A stretch of DNA of 64,000 nt from the NCBI GenBank assembly GCA_002269645.1, contig NIVC01000702.1, positions 310,001-374,000 on the forward strand. Reading direction: 5' to 3'. The notes beneath the pieces were generated by a model. That model worked only from the letters and a program-made list of their open reading frames with translations. It had not been told where the DNA came from and ran no database searches. Origin of the DNA: Macrostomum lignano. Its lineage: Eukaryota. Below are positions 39,801-52,499 of the stretch, piece by piece; positions within the stretch are counted from its first letter, which is position 1, and each line of letters begins with the position of its first letter. The position numbers were made by a program, and so were the translations under genes.

Positions 39801-42800
39801 GCGTCTGCGATACAAAGGGTAGCCAGTATCGCTGGTCAGCGTCACCTGCTGGAACTCCTTCGGAAAGCCCTTGCTGCATTCGCCATTTTCCATGCAAGGG
39901 CACGCCGGATTCTCCTTGCCGCAGGGGCCATGGATCATGTGCGTCTTCACCAGCTCATACAGCACAGGCTGCTGTCGTGGGTCCGGAATCTCAGCAGACA
40001 CGATGTCATCGTATCGGTCCGGAGTCACCCGCTGGCCACTCGCGAGCCACAGCAGAAAGTGCACATGGGGGAGACCTGAATTATTAAAAAAAATCTCGAA
40101 ACATTTTTCAATCCAGTTATCCAATTTGTATCGAATTTGCATCACACAAACCATGCCTATATTTAGTATTTTTGTAACGATATAAATATTATAAAACTTA
40201 ACACTCAGAGTTGTACTCACCACGCTTTTGGTACTCTAGCGAGCAGACGTGCGCGGCCTCTTTCCCATAGCGCTTCGTTAGCTGAGCCAGCAGAGCTTTC
40301 TTCTTCATTTCAAAGACTCGGCTAACAATGTCCGGCCGGTGTTCAGCCCGCTGTCCAGGCAGCAGCTGAGCGCTAATCTCCGGCCAATTCGGATTGCATG
40401 TTGCCGTGACAAACAGGTCCGGCTTACCAAACTTGTGAACATAGGTCATAGCGTCCTGAAGCCTCTCCATCAGGTACCTTGGCCCGCCAACGAAGCTTGA
40501 GGACAGAAGCACATGCGCGGGCTTGCCTATGTCACTCGGATCTCTGTCGGTAGACCTGCCATCGGCTGCAAACAGAGCGTCCCGCAGACCGCTATACGTC
40601 TCGCTGCGCAGGTCCTGCTGATGGGTCCGCAAATACAGCAACCTCTCTGCCTCAATCTTCGCACACATGTCCACCAGGTACTGTTGAAATAATCTTCGGC
40701 CATAGTGCAGCACACTGAACTGGCCCGCTCGCACCATGATTTCGCTTGCATAGTATTTCATGGGGGTCAATTTCTTGTCATTACTCATCCGCAACTCTGG
40801 GTGCCAGCCGTCCTCGCCATTCGGGAACAGCAGCACATACTCCAGCGGGTCATATGAGCGGTGCGTCTCACTGATTCGCTGAGAACCGCCACCACGCAGT
40901 TGAATCACGACGTCCCGACTGGCCGGTGCGTCCTCATTGTCCTCAACGATCAGGATACCGACCTCGTTTGCCGTAGGCAAGTTGTAGCGCCTGATTTTAA
41001 CGGAGTTCATGGGATACAACTTCTGTAGAAACTGAATCACTTATTACGCTTATTTTACTTCTGCTTTCGTTTACATTTTTAAGTTTCGTTATAACAAACA
41101 CACTAACTTACCGAATGTGTTCCCCAGATGGTCGACGGTCAGGGTGAATCACAATTCGCGCATCTCCCAGCTCTGGGTCTTGGCTAATTCGCTCAGCAGC
41201 AGCCTTCAGGCTGCGGACATAGCCATTGCACTCGTGAAGCAGCGTCTGCAGCAGCTCCAGTAGCTCCGGTTTTACCTTCTGGCTGAGACTCTGGCGGCTT
41301 TCGAGTTCGCGATCGTTGAAGTACACCTGCCATCCCTGAGCTTCAGCCGAAGCCTCTGCAAACAGCGGCGCCGTGCGATGATGCATCTGGCCGCTGATGA
41401 TGAAGCTGGGACACCAGCCTGGCACCAACCGCAGTTTGGCACCCAGCGATGTCAGGTGCAGCGCCGAATTGTAGCTCCTGATGTTGGCCAGGAACTCGGC
41501 ACTCAATCTGTGCCGCCCCATGTACAGATCCGCCAGCACTTGCGGCACGGTGCGGCTGGGCAGCTTCACCTTGCCTTTGGCGCAGCAGAAATTCCTGGTC
41601 TCCGCGCGCCAGAGTAGAGCACCACATTCCTGGCATGCCCTGTTCATTGGGCCGCAATCATGGGCCGGGGCCTCTGGCCTCGGTATTCTGTCAGACCTGT
41701 GATTGAGTTATATGCATGCACAAATAGTTACTATAATATAGACTGCCAAAATTTATGAAATTTACAGTGTAAATATAAAAACTAAAATATAAAAATTACA
41801 CTGACCAGCAGCACAAAAAGCCTACCTATTTTGAGCAGATTCTGCATCAGAATGACCTGTACCAAAATGACCTGAATCGGAAAGATCTGCCCTCTGCCCC
41901 GTTAAACTCGGCGCTTCTGCATCTGCAACGGGCTCAGAAACTGGCAGTGGATCAGTCACGCGCAACGACTCATAGTGTTCATGGCGTAAAAGGATACGCA
42001 CAATTGCAGTGGGTGGCTGCACAGTGGACATGCAGTACTGCAATACACTGCCATTTGCCTGATAAATAACCAGGTCAACATTGAAAAAACGGCTTAAAAG
42101 TGGCACGACCTCATCAGGAACATAGGTGCCCTCAGAAAAAGACTCATTAATAATGGAATCAGCATTATCCGGCAAAACAAAGCCTTCGTCAATTAATTCG
42201 GGCATTACCTGCACTGCACGACATGTCAGTTCATGCCTCAAAGACGCTGCATTGGTCTCAAGCGGAGTGCCCTGCAACTGGTCACATACTGCATGAAAAA
42301 AGCAATTTCCATCACCAGGGATTGGAACAACACTTAGCGTATTGAATGGTACCACAGCTGGTGTGGCCAACTCACTATTGTCAAACCTGAAAGATTGAAG
42401 TTATACTTTAGACTCTGAAAAACTCATTCCCACTGATACAGATTCCTAGAGAGTCAACAAAAAGTCAATTCTCACAAATGCAGACCCTTACAAACATTCC
42501 TCCACATACAGTTTCTTACAGTGGTTTCTTAGAAATTCTGATTCTTAGCACAAATCCTACAAATAAAGATTCTTAAAAACGTATCCTAGAAATGCAGTTT
42601 CTTATATAAACACAGTCCTACAAATAAAGATTCTTCGAAATCGAAACGTTTCCTAGAAATGCAGTTTCTTATATAAACACAGTCCTACAAATAAAGATTC
42701 TTAGAAACGTTTCCTAGAAATGCAGTTTCTTATGTAAACACAGTCCTACAAATAAAGATTCTTAGAAACGTTTCCTAGAAATGCAGTTTCTTATGTAAAC

Positions 42801-44188
42801 ACAGTCCTACAAATAAAGATTCTTAGAAACGTTTCCTAGAAAAGCAGTTTCTTATGTAAACATAGTCCTACAAATAAAGATTCTTAGAAACGTTTCCTAG
42901 AAATGCAGTTTCTTATGTAAACACAGTCCTACAAATAAAGATTCTTAGAAACGTTTCCTAGAAATGCAGTTTCTTATATAAACACAGTCCTACAAAAAAA
43001 GATTCTTAGAAACGTTTCCTAGAAAAACAGTTTCTTATATAAACATAGTCCTACAAATAAAGATTCTTAGAAACTTTTCCTAGAAATGCAGTTTCTTATA
43101 TAAACACAGTCCTACAAATAAAAAATTCTTAGAAACGTTTCCTAGAAAAGCAGTTTCTTATATAAACATAGTCCTACAAATAAAGATTCTTAGAAACTTT
43201 TCCTAGAAATGCAGTTTCTTATATAAACACAGTCCTACAAATAAAAAATTCTTAGAAACGTTTCCTAGAAAAGCAGTTTCTTATATAAACATAGTCCTAC
43301 AAATAAAGATTCTTAGAAACTTTTTCTAGAAATGCAGTTTCTTATATAAACACAGTCCTACAAAAAAAGATTCTTAGAAACGTTTCCTAGAAATGCAGTT
43401 TCTTATATAAACACAGTCCTACAAATAAAGATTCTTAGAAACGTTTCCTAGAAATGCAGTTTCTTATATAAACATAGTCCTACAAATAAAAAATTCTTAG
43501 AAACGTTTCCTAGAAAAGCAGTTTCTTATATAAACATAGTCCTACAAATAAAGATTCTTAGAAACTTTTCCTAGAAATGCAGTTTCTTATATAAACACAG
43601 TCCTACAAATAAAGATTCTTAGAAACGTTTCCTAGAAATGCAGTTTCTTATATATAAACACAGTCCTACAAATAAAGATTTTTACAAACGTTTCTCAGAT
43701 ATGCAGTTTCTTACAAACACATTCCTACAAACAAAGATTCTTAGAAAGTTTCTTAAAAATACAGTTCATCTCTACAAATAAACATTTTTTGAAACGTTTC
43801 TTAGACTTAGATATACAGATACAGTCAAATTAAAATGTTCATCTCACCTGTTAACCGACACTCCTCGACGGCGAATTTGGTCGGCCTCCACTCGAGCTCT
43901 TCGCTGAGCCTCAGTTTCCGTGGCCCTACGCTCACTTGTGCGCCGCCGAGCTGCAGTTAGGCGCTCTTCTCGCTGAGCGTCGGTCTCCACGGCACTCCGC
44001 TTAGCCTTTTGCTGTCGGAGTCCAGCCAGGCGCTCTTCGCGCTGAGCGTCGGTCTCCCTGGCCCTTCGTTCAGTCTCCTGCTGCCGGTGTGCAGCCAGGC
44101 GCTCCTCTTGTTGAACAGCGGTCTCTTGCTGACGTTTCTTTTTGGCATCTCTGCTCTTTTTCAAAGCGCTGGTGCCACGTCGAGCCAT
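36817..44188 (-). CDS. Helitron RepHel polyprotein: STPR-like repeats, OTU protease, Cys-rich Zn finger, HUH/Y2 Rep and Pif1-family helicase; 9 exons, about 1697 aa
   Basis: Exons 44188-43848, 42386-41826, 41696-41112, 40990-40221, 40075-39733, 39645-39336, 39239-38218, 38141-37745 and 37581-36817 have compatible phases (5094 nt total, no internal stop). Motifs ETDAQREERL, GDGNC/HYES, CQECGA..CCAKG, RYNLPT, EYQKRGLPHVH, DNRWVVPY, KYVIKYLLKG, DAPAGTGKT, WDEISM, GDYRQLLP and TIHKSQGQSL. Confidence 0.93.
42540..43800. repeat. Minisatellite, 61-bp unit (Helitron intron 1)
   Basis: About 20 copies of aaacacagtcctacaaataaagattcttagaaacgtttcctagaaatgcagtttcttatat. Confidence 0.95.
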
Positions 44189-44639
44189 TTTAGAATTTGG
44201 ATCGAAAAATATGATAGGAATTGAATTGAAAAATAAGATAAGTAGAATTAGAATGAAAAAGTAAAGATAGTCTGAGTGAGGGGTTGTGTGATAATTGACA
44301 AAGATAAGAAAACAATCATGACAAACATTTTAAACTCAGCGCACCACCGCCACCCCAAAAAGCTGTACACTATTCAGTGTTAATAAATGTACACTAAACG
44401 TAAATTCTCTCCAGCGCCCGCTGCTAATTGGTCAAGCTGCCCTTTAAAGCCAAAATTCTCCTTACAAAACTGCTAATAAAATGGTCAAAGTCAACAAGCA
44501 GCGATAAACAAATAGATGTGCAAATACTCGTGCACATTTTACACTCATCTTTTTTACCACAAAGTTGTTAGCAATGTTGCATTGAAAACTTTCAATAAAA
44601 ATCGCTTATTTATATGAAAGTCGCTCTCTGCAATGCAGT

Positions 44640-45250
44640 CTTGGTCTTGGTAATCCTTGGTTTATTAATAGCAATAATCTTTGGCTTCTTGTAATCCTTG
44701 GTTTATTAATAGCAATAATCCTTGATTAATCAAGTGCATTAATCCTTGGTTTATTAATAGCAATAATCCTTGGCTTATTGAGTGCAGTAATCCTTGGTTT
44801 GCCAAGAGCAATAGTCCTTGATTTAATCCTTGGTTTATTAATAGCAATAATCCTTGGCTTCTTGAGTGCAGTAATCCTTGGTTTGCCAAGAGCAATTGTC
44901 CTTGGTTTATCGAGTGCAGTAATCCTTGGTTTATTAATAGCAATAATCCTTGGCTTATCGAGTGCAGTAATCCTTGGTTTATTAATAGCAATAATCCTTG
45001 ATTAATCAAGTGCATTAATCCTTGGTTTATTAATAGCAATAATCCTTGGCTTCTTGAGTGCAGTAATCCTTGGTTTGCCAAGAGCAATAGTCCTTGATTT
45101 AATCCTTGGTTTATTAATAGCAATAATCCTTGGCTTCTTGAGTGCAGTAATCCTTGGTTTGCCAAGAGCAATAGTCCTTGGTTTATCGAGTGCAGTAATC
45201 CTTGGTTTATTAATAGCAATAATCCTTGGCTTATCGAGTGCAGTAGTCTA
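44640..45250. repeat. Minisatellite, 24-bp variant units (aatccttggtttattaatagcaat / aatccttggcttcttgagtgcagt) in the Helitron 5' region
   Basis: Tandem array with repeated higher-order blocks. Confidence 0.9.
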
Positions 45251-45912
45251 AGTGTTTTTATTTAGTCCTTTAATAAAAGCTTTTAATAAAAAAATTTACA
45301 CTACTACTTTTAAACTACTTAGATTCGAAGCCAGGTCGCTGCATTAGCAGTCTGGTCTGTTCAGCTCTAGGCTAGCTCTCATCGAAGTTATCAGTGAATT
45401 TGTACCACTTATATAATTCAACACTTACACCAAGTCAGGTAGAGTAAAAAGTCACACGAAGCAGTTATGACATAATCAATTTCTTAGGCAAGTCAGTACC
45501 AGTGTCTATGAAAGTTAACAATATGGTTACGTAATATAAATTCAGTACTGCGCTATGCTTTCACACTCAAAGCTGTGACGCAATTCAATTGAGTGTCAAA
45601 TTCAGCCAGTACACAGACGATAAACAAAGTGTATTGTGATGCAATCTATTTCAGAATCAGAATTCAACCAGTCAGATTTTTCTCTAGCATTCTTACAATG
45701 CATTTCAGGTCGAAAGAGCTGCTTGACCTTTGCAAAAAATCATGTTTTTCGAATATTTAATCCCTTTAACATTGAGCAATTTCTTAGCCAAGATGCATGT
45801 ACCGTCACGGAAAAATTTCTGATCGAACAGTGCAAGTTCGAACAAAATCGGTTGAGCCGTTTTTGCTAAAATCGATCACACACATACCGACAGACCATTT
45901 TTAGTATATGGA

Positions 45913-46207
45913 TGTGAATTTTTTATTCTACGTACATTTGCATGTACATGTATCTTGTGCCTAAAAAACCATTAAAATGACACGGCTCAGCTCTTTGGTT
46001 TCATGAGTCTATTTTATCATTCTTAGCTGACTGTATAACAAATATTTGTAACAGAGATGATAAAATAGATTTATAAAACCAAAGATTCGAGCTGTAGCAT
46101 GCATTTTTATGATTTTTAGCTACAGGAAATGTACGTAGAATAAAAAATTCACATAGAATCCTAACTCTTTGAACAAAAAGCTTTATGAATATCAATAGAG
46201 CAATAAA
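45913..46207. mobile_element. Foldback MITE-like element (copy 4, truncated at the Helitron 5' end)
   Basis: Near-identical to 51122-51393; 45913-45940 is the inverted match of about 46127-46154. Confidence 0.75.
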
Positions 46208-47132
46208 TAAAATCGGTTTGCGAGCTATCGTGAAATGGGTCGTGTGTTTTTGTATTAAACACGCCGGAAGGAGCCAAACGAGACAAAGTCAGTTGCGAAA
46301 GGCAGGCAGCGGCCGAGAAAGCGGATCCCTGTGGATCAAGCGAAGCGTTTATTTATTAGTTTAAACGAGTTAATATTTATTGGTTCGTAAAAAGAAGATA
46401 AAAAATTGAGAAATGGCGGCGGAGCCAAGCCGGGCCGGGTGCAGAGGCTTTAAGCTGGCCGGCGCGGCCAACACCCCCATAACTCAACCCCCCGCCAAAG
46501 TACAGCGATATGTACAGCGGCACCCTCCGGCGCGTCTAACACCCTTACTCAGAGAGTAACGATTGCAATACACCCCGTGGTCTTTCCCCATGGGGAAAAA
46601 TCGTGGTCTTTCTACTGTTAACACGGAGCTACTTCTTGTCCATAATATAATTTTAGTATTGACAAAAAGTCAGCCCGTGTTCTGGATTTTCGTGTGTCTG
46701 CGTGGCTTCGTGAAAAATATTTTTTTTAAAAAGAAAAGAAAGTTGCGCAGCCGTAAAGTCGTTTTTTGGTTTTGCCAGTCACTGTAAGGCATCCATGCAA
46801 GCCTTCTTGGAAAGTAGCATGAATTATTGAAATAAAAACTTTAAAAAAATTGATCAGAAGAAATGATCTTTAACTATTTTTGTGAGTCTACGCCATACCC
46901 AGAAACCCAGAAAAACTTTAGACAATTTCCCTGTAGGTTTGAAGTTCTGCAACAAAAAATTTAAACTATTTAAAAATGCAAATTTACACGTGGCAAAAAA
47001 CTTTTTTGTACTTAAAGCTGCAAGTCTCTTTCTACTCGTACTTGAATGTTCGACATAAGAAGGATTTATACTCCGAATTCATTCTCCGAGGACCGAAGCG
47101 ATTATAAGATTATTAACTCCGGTAGTCAAGCC

Positions 47133-48835
47133 ATGCAAAAGCGCTGCGTGCTTCTCTTCCTTGTCCTCTGCGTGTCGCTGGTTCCGTACGCCTCTGCTGC
47201 AGAGTTTCAGGTGAACTTCTTGAAGAAGCCTCCTAGCATCATGTACAACCTGTTCTATGAGAAGTACGAGCTCGATCTGGCCCTCAAAATCACTGAGGTC
47301 GCCTCGCAGAGTCCTGACGGGAAGCGGAAAGTCACCGGACTAAAAGTGATACCTGAAAATGGAATGCAAAAGCAGGACTTCGGTGCCACCGTGCTGGCTC
47401 GAGTGTCCAGCGATGGAACTTCGGGCAAACTTGTCTTCGTGTGCAGAACCTTGCACAGGTGCATGAGTATTAGGAAAAAAATCTCTGATCATCCTCTCTT
47501 CATCCAGCAGGCTGTGCAGTTCGCGCCCTTCGGTACGCAGGGCCCCATTCCCACTCAGTTTGGTGCCGTCCGCTCTGCATCCGGCCCTGCACCCGTCCCT
47601 GCTGAGGTGGTCTTCCAGAGGCACCTGGACAACAGCCTCTCGTTCGCCCAGAACTGGCACGGCTACGTGAAAGGATTCGGAGATCCCAGCGGCAATTACT
47701 GGATGGGTGAGTAGTGTAATCTGTACGTGTACACGTTTGTACATATCGTCGGTGAGAATTAACTGCCGCCAGAACCGCTGTCTGCCGTCTCATTTCAAGC
47801 TCAATTATGTGGCGTCTGGGTGACACTTGTATTAGGCCGAATCTCCAGCTAATCAATATCCTCACCGTCCACCAAAAGAGAGGGCCAGGGGTATCTACTG
47901 CTACAGAAATAGGAAGCAGACCCCCAATGTTCATCTTTTTGATGTGGTTGTGCCTATCCTATTGCTCTATCAATATTCATAAAGCTTTTCGTTCAGAAAA
48001 TTAGGATTCTATATGTTAATCTTTTATTATACGTACATTTCCTGCACCTAAAAATCATTAAAATGGCATATGGCACAGCTCCAATCTTTGCTTTTGTGAA
48101 TATATTTTATCATCTCTGTCTGTTACACATATTGTTACACAGAACACAGTCAGCTAATAATGGCAAAATAGATTCATAAAACCAAAGAGCCGAGCTGTGC
48201 CATTTTAATGGTTTTTAGGCGCTGGACATACGCAATTGTACGTAGAATCAAAACTTAACATAGAATCCCAATTTTAAAGTTTAAAAGGTAGGCCTTTGCG
48301 AGTGAGATGTTACAGTAGATGGAAATCTTTAACTACGGGCTGAAAATCAAATCAACAAACAGGTTTACAAAGGAGTTTTAATTCATTTGAACTCATCAAT
48401 CCGACAGGTTTAGAGCAGCTTTTAGCCATGACAAAAGACCGTAATTGCCAGCTCATCTATGAGGGAGTCCGGCTCAATAACGGTAAACTTATGCGTGGGA
48501 CTTTCAAGCGCTTTGGGCTGCACGGAGCGGACGAGAATTACAAGCTGGTGCTCGGAGATCAGGAGACGGGTGGTGACCTCTGGAAAGGTACCGCCGAGTA
48601 TCACAACGGATCGCAGTTCAGCACCTTTGATGCGGATAATGATAAAGCAAAAGGAGTATGCACAAAGGTGCAAGGACACAATGCTGGCTGGTGGTATAAT
48701 TCCTGTCATCGCTTAAATCCAAATAGTAGGATCAACACTTCTCCGAGTTCCTGCTGGGATTGGTGCTCAGCAGCTGATCTAAACAACAAAGACACTTGCA
48801 TTAAGAGTACGAAGCTGTCCTTCAGCTGCAGCTGA
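47133..48835 (+). CDS. Secreted fibrinogen-related domain protein (FReP), copy B
   Basis: Exons 47133-47706 and 48408-48835. Exon 1 is identical to copy A; exon 2 keeps [14 protein letters not shown] and all cysteines. Confidence 0.9.
47895..48280. mobile_element. Foldback MITE-like element (copy 5, divergent, in the FReP-B intron)
   Basis: Arms aatgttcatctttttgatgtggttgtgcc and aaaatagattcataaaaccaaagagccgagctgtgcc match the family; absent from the FReP-A intron. Confidence 0.6.
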
Positions 48836-49287
48836 GACAAACGTCTGCAAGACCGGCTCCTGTTGGGGACTGCAACTGTTGCACTTTCACCGAGATGCAA
48901 CTGAGGCTCTCTGGTCTCAGTAAATAAATGAATAATAAATGACTGTTGTACCAGCCTTAACTATAGTATTCCACTGTTTCTCCGTGTTTCTTTTTGGCTA
49001 TTGAAGGCGGGAGGGGGTAGGTATGGGAGTGAAAAATCGACATAACATTCAGAAGCCCAAAAGTCTCTTTACGAATATATAGACCCATATCACGGCGCAA
49101 GTCTATCCTCAAGTTAAATCAAGTCTGCGACGTAGACCATCACAGATCTAATCTTGCAGTCAATCTGCATGAATCCTGTTAAAATTGACGGCGTGACGCT
49201 TGTTGGCAAAGAAATTAAAGTCAGGACAGAACCGAACGCAAGAAACTATCTTCTGATTGCTTTTGATGTGTACATGTAGTATTTGAA

Positions 49288-49332
<45 letters not shown>

Positions 49333-49439
49333 CAGGGATGAACGTGTGCCAGGCTCAAAGAAATGTGTCAGTGTGGAAGGAGGGTACATTTATTCTGAAG
49401 AAACTATGTGTCGGGAGTGAATGAACGTCTCAGCGATAA

Positions 49440-50221
49440 ATAACAACAACAAAGAACTCCTCCCACCGACGACCACACGAAATGGCCAGAAGGAGGAGGA
49501 GTCAGATGGCACTCCGATGGGCCAGGTCCCTCAAAGTCACACCCGCCCACCTGGTCAGGGGTCGTTCGCCCTTGGCCTCGCCTGCGCGGTCCTTGCAGCT
49601 GAAGCAGCAGCACGTCATGCAGCGGCTCCCGGCAGCGAGCTTCCGACAGGATGACGTGGCCAGCCAGTCGGCGTCGTCGCCCGCGCAGCAGGTCAGAAGG
49701 CCGCGTCAAGCTTGCCCTCTCATAGAGCGCGGCGTTCGTCTCGGTGCCTGGGCCGCAACGAACTCTAAAAGCAGCACACAGCATGGCCGAATGCGCAGCG
49801 TCCAGCTGCCCCTCCAGGTCGTCCGTCAGGTTCCAGGTCTCTGCGTTGTAGAACAGGACAGTCTCAACGGCTGCCTGGAACAGCAGATCTGAGCCTGTCA
49901 TCCAGGGCCCCAGAGTGCAGCACAGCGCACAGTGCGGAGAGCAGCCCAGGCCAGTCTGCGCCGTCTCGCCAGGTCGCCGGCGTCATCTGGAACGAGGCCG
50001 TCGAGGAACACGAAGTGCCTGCTGCGGGGTAGCGAAGTCACTGGGCAGCGGTTCCTCATGAGTAGATGATCTCGGCCGGCAAGTCCGAAGGGACCGTGAA
50101 TACTTTGGTCTTCTGCGCAATCGGCGTGAGTCCGAACCGCGCCGCTGTCACCGTCAGGCCAACCAGCAGCCGTTGGGCGCCTTCGGCCGTCGATCGGACA
50201 GCAGCGTGAGGTCGTCCGTGT

Positions 50222-50222
<1 letters not shown>
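49440..50222 (-). mobile_element. 5'-truncated RTE-like retrotransposon fragment, copy B
   Basis: Same motifs as copy A (YTDD, FQAAVETVLFYNAETW, RRRRLAGH). Confidence 0.8.
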
Positions 50223-50468
<246 letters not shown>

Positions 50469-51011
50469 TCATCGGAGAAGCCAGGGCATCCACTGCTTCA
50501 CTGACAGTCTGTCTATGTGCGAAGGCAAGGGTGTGGGGATCCTGCAAGAGTCTTCATCTTAGTGAAAATGGCTTGGTTTTTCTATCCGAATTCATAGCCA
50601 TCAGCCAATGTGCTGAGCATAAATTTATACTCTGACAGCCAGACCGCTATTAAGGCCTTGTTCTCTATCAAGCTGTAAGCTGTCTCTTTAAGTAAAATTG
50701 ACCTCAGAGGACATACTCGTACATGTATCTCACTACAAAGCTGTTTTTTCTCCTATTTGCCCCTATTGTGGCTTAGAGAAGGAAAATCCAACGCACCACG
50801 TCACCTCGGCTGTCCCGGTAAGGTTAAACGAATCTGCGGTCTGCCTGCGCGGATTCTTCCGGGATTTCTGCTGCTGGCGAGGATAGGAGCAGTCCCAAGG
50901 CTAATAACGCCTTTCTGTTTTTTTAGCTTGGGGTTGAGATCAAGGACGACTTAAGTTGAAGGACGGAAAACCTTGTTTCTTAGAAAATTGAAGAAAGGTT
51001 TTTTTTCTCCG

Positions 51012-51470
51012 AAAAAATACACTACGGAGATAGGAAGTTTTCATTTTCAGCACAAAAATTGTTATTGCTTTTGATAGGAGGCAGACCCAGTGTTCATCTT
51101 TTGATATGTTGTGCCTTTCTTATTTGCATGTACATGTATGTTGTGCCTAAAAAACCATTAAAATGACACGGCTCAGCTCTTTGGTTTCATGAGTCTATTT
51201 TATCATTCTTAGCTGACTGTATAACAAATATTTGTAACAGAGATGATAAAATAGATTTATAAAACCAAAGATTCGAGCTGTAGCATGCATTTTTATGATT
51301 TTTAGCTACAGGAAATGTACGTAGAATAAAAAATTCACATAGAACCCTAACTCTTTGAACAAAAAGCTTTATGAATATCAATAGACCAATAAGAAAGGCA
51401 CAATTAACATATCAAAAGATGAACACTGGATCTGCCTCCTATCAAAAGCAATAACATTTTTTGTTAGCAG
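51012..51470. mobile_element. Foldback MITE-like element (copy 6)
   Basis: Duplicate of copy 3 within block B. Confidence 0.75.
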
Positions 51471-52499
51471 AGATTGGGGCCTAATGTACTAAAATCTTTA
51501 AAAGGATTATGGAAGAAAACAGCTTTCCAGGAAACCGACGACAGAATTCAAAGACGCATCTAATTAGGATTTATAAATTAGATAAAATGCATCGATCAAG
51601 TAAGTGTTTTTCTGAATTGAATAAAAAAATAATAAGACTAACTTGACCTGCCGCTGATGAAAAATGCAAGTAAAAAATAATAAAATGTGTTTTTTTAATT
51701 CTAACGTACATGCATGCCATTATATGGTCATTTGAAAAATGCATTTTCGAATTATAATCGGTCGGTATCCAATATTGAGTAGTTTACTAGTTTCCATTGG
51801 TTTTCTTCGCTTTGTATGGCGATAGCTGATTTTCTGAAATTAAAAGTTTAATGTAAATTCCTTTTAGTTGACTATATGCAGTTACTTTATTGTAAAATAA
51901 TTTATAGCAAACTTGCAGTGCCGTAAACTATTTAAGTAAAACACGAAACTTTATTTTCCAAATTGTACTGCTCATAAAACACAAATCGCTTTTGTTTAAA
52001 TTAGCTATATTAATTATTCAGTTTAGTTAAAACAAAAATCATGACTATACAAAACTGTTTTGTTCATAATTGTATCTATTAAAATGGTAAAATATTTTTG
52101 TGTGCAACAGGATGGAATTTAATAAATCATCATTTTAAACAAAGAATCATGTAAACGATTTCAATTATTAAATTCATTCCAATTAGCTAAAGTCAGCGTC
52201 TTTGAAGTCTGTCAAATAGTGAAAGGCAACCTGCAAATTTAAAGAGGGCACTGTACTTTGGCCGAATTGAGGAGAACATTTTTATGTAGCAAGTCATGCT
52301 TTTAAATAAAAGAATACTTTGTTTAGGTTTTTTAGAAAATATAACTTACCTAACAACTAAAAAAGTGTCGACAACGAATCAAATTAAGCTTAAAATTGCC
52401 ACTCGCTTCACCAGTGAGCGTCCCAGATGTTCCTGTGCCGGTTCGATGCGGTGAAAAATATCCTTTATCAATAGGATAGGACTGTGATCAAATACTCGT

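Larger units (their letters stand above)
36031..45912 (-). mobile_element. Autonomous Helitron (rolling-circle transposon); 5' end at 45912, 3' end not located
   Basis: Contains the Rep-helicase gene. The minus strand at 45913-45912 reads A|TCCATATACTAAAAATGGTCTGTCGGTATGTGTGTG...AACCGATTTTG, resembling known animal Helitron 5' termini. The left boundary given here is only the end of duplication copy A. Confidence 0.8.
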
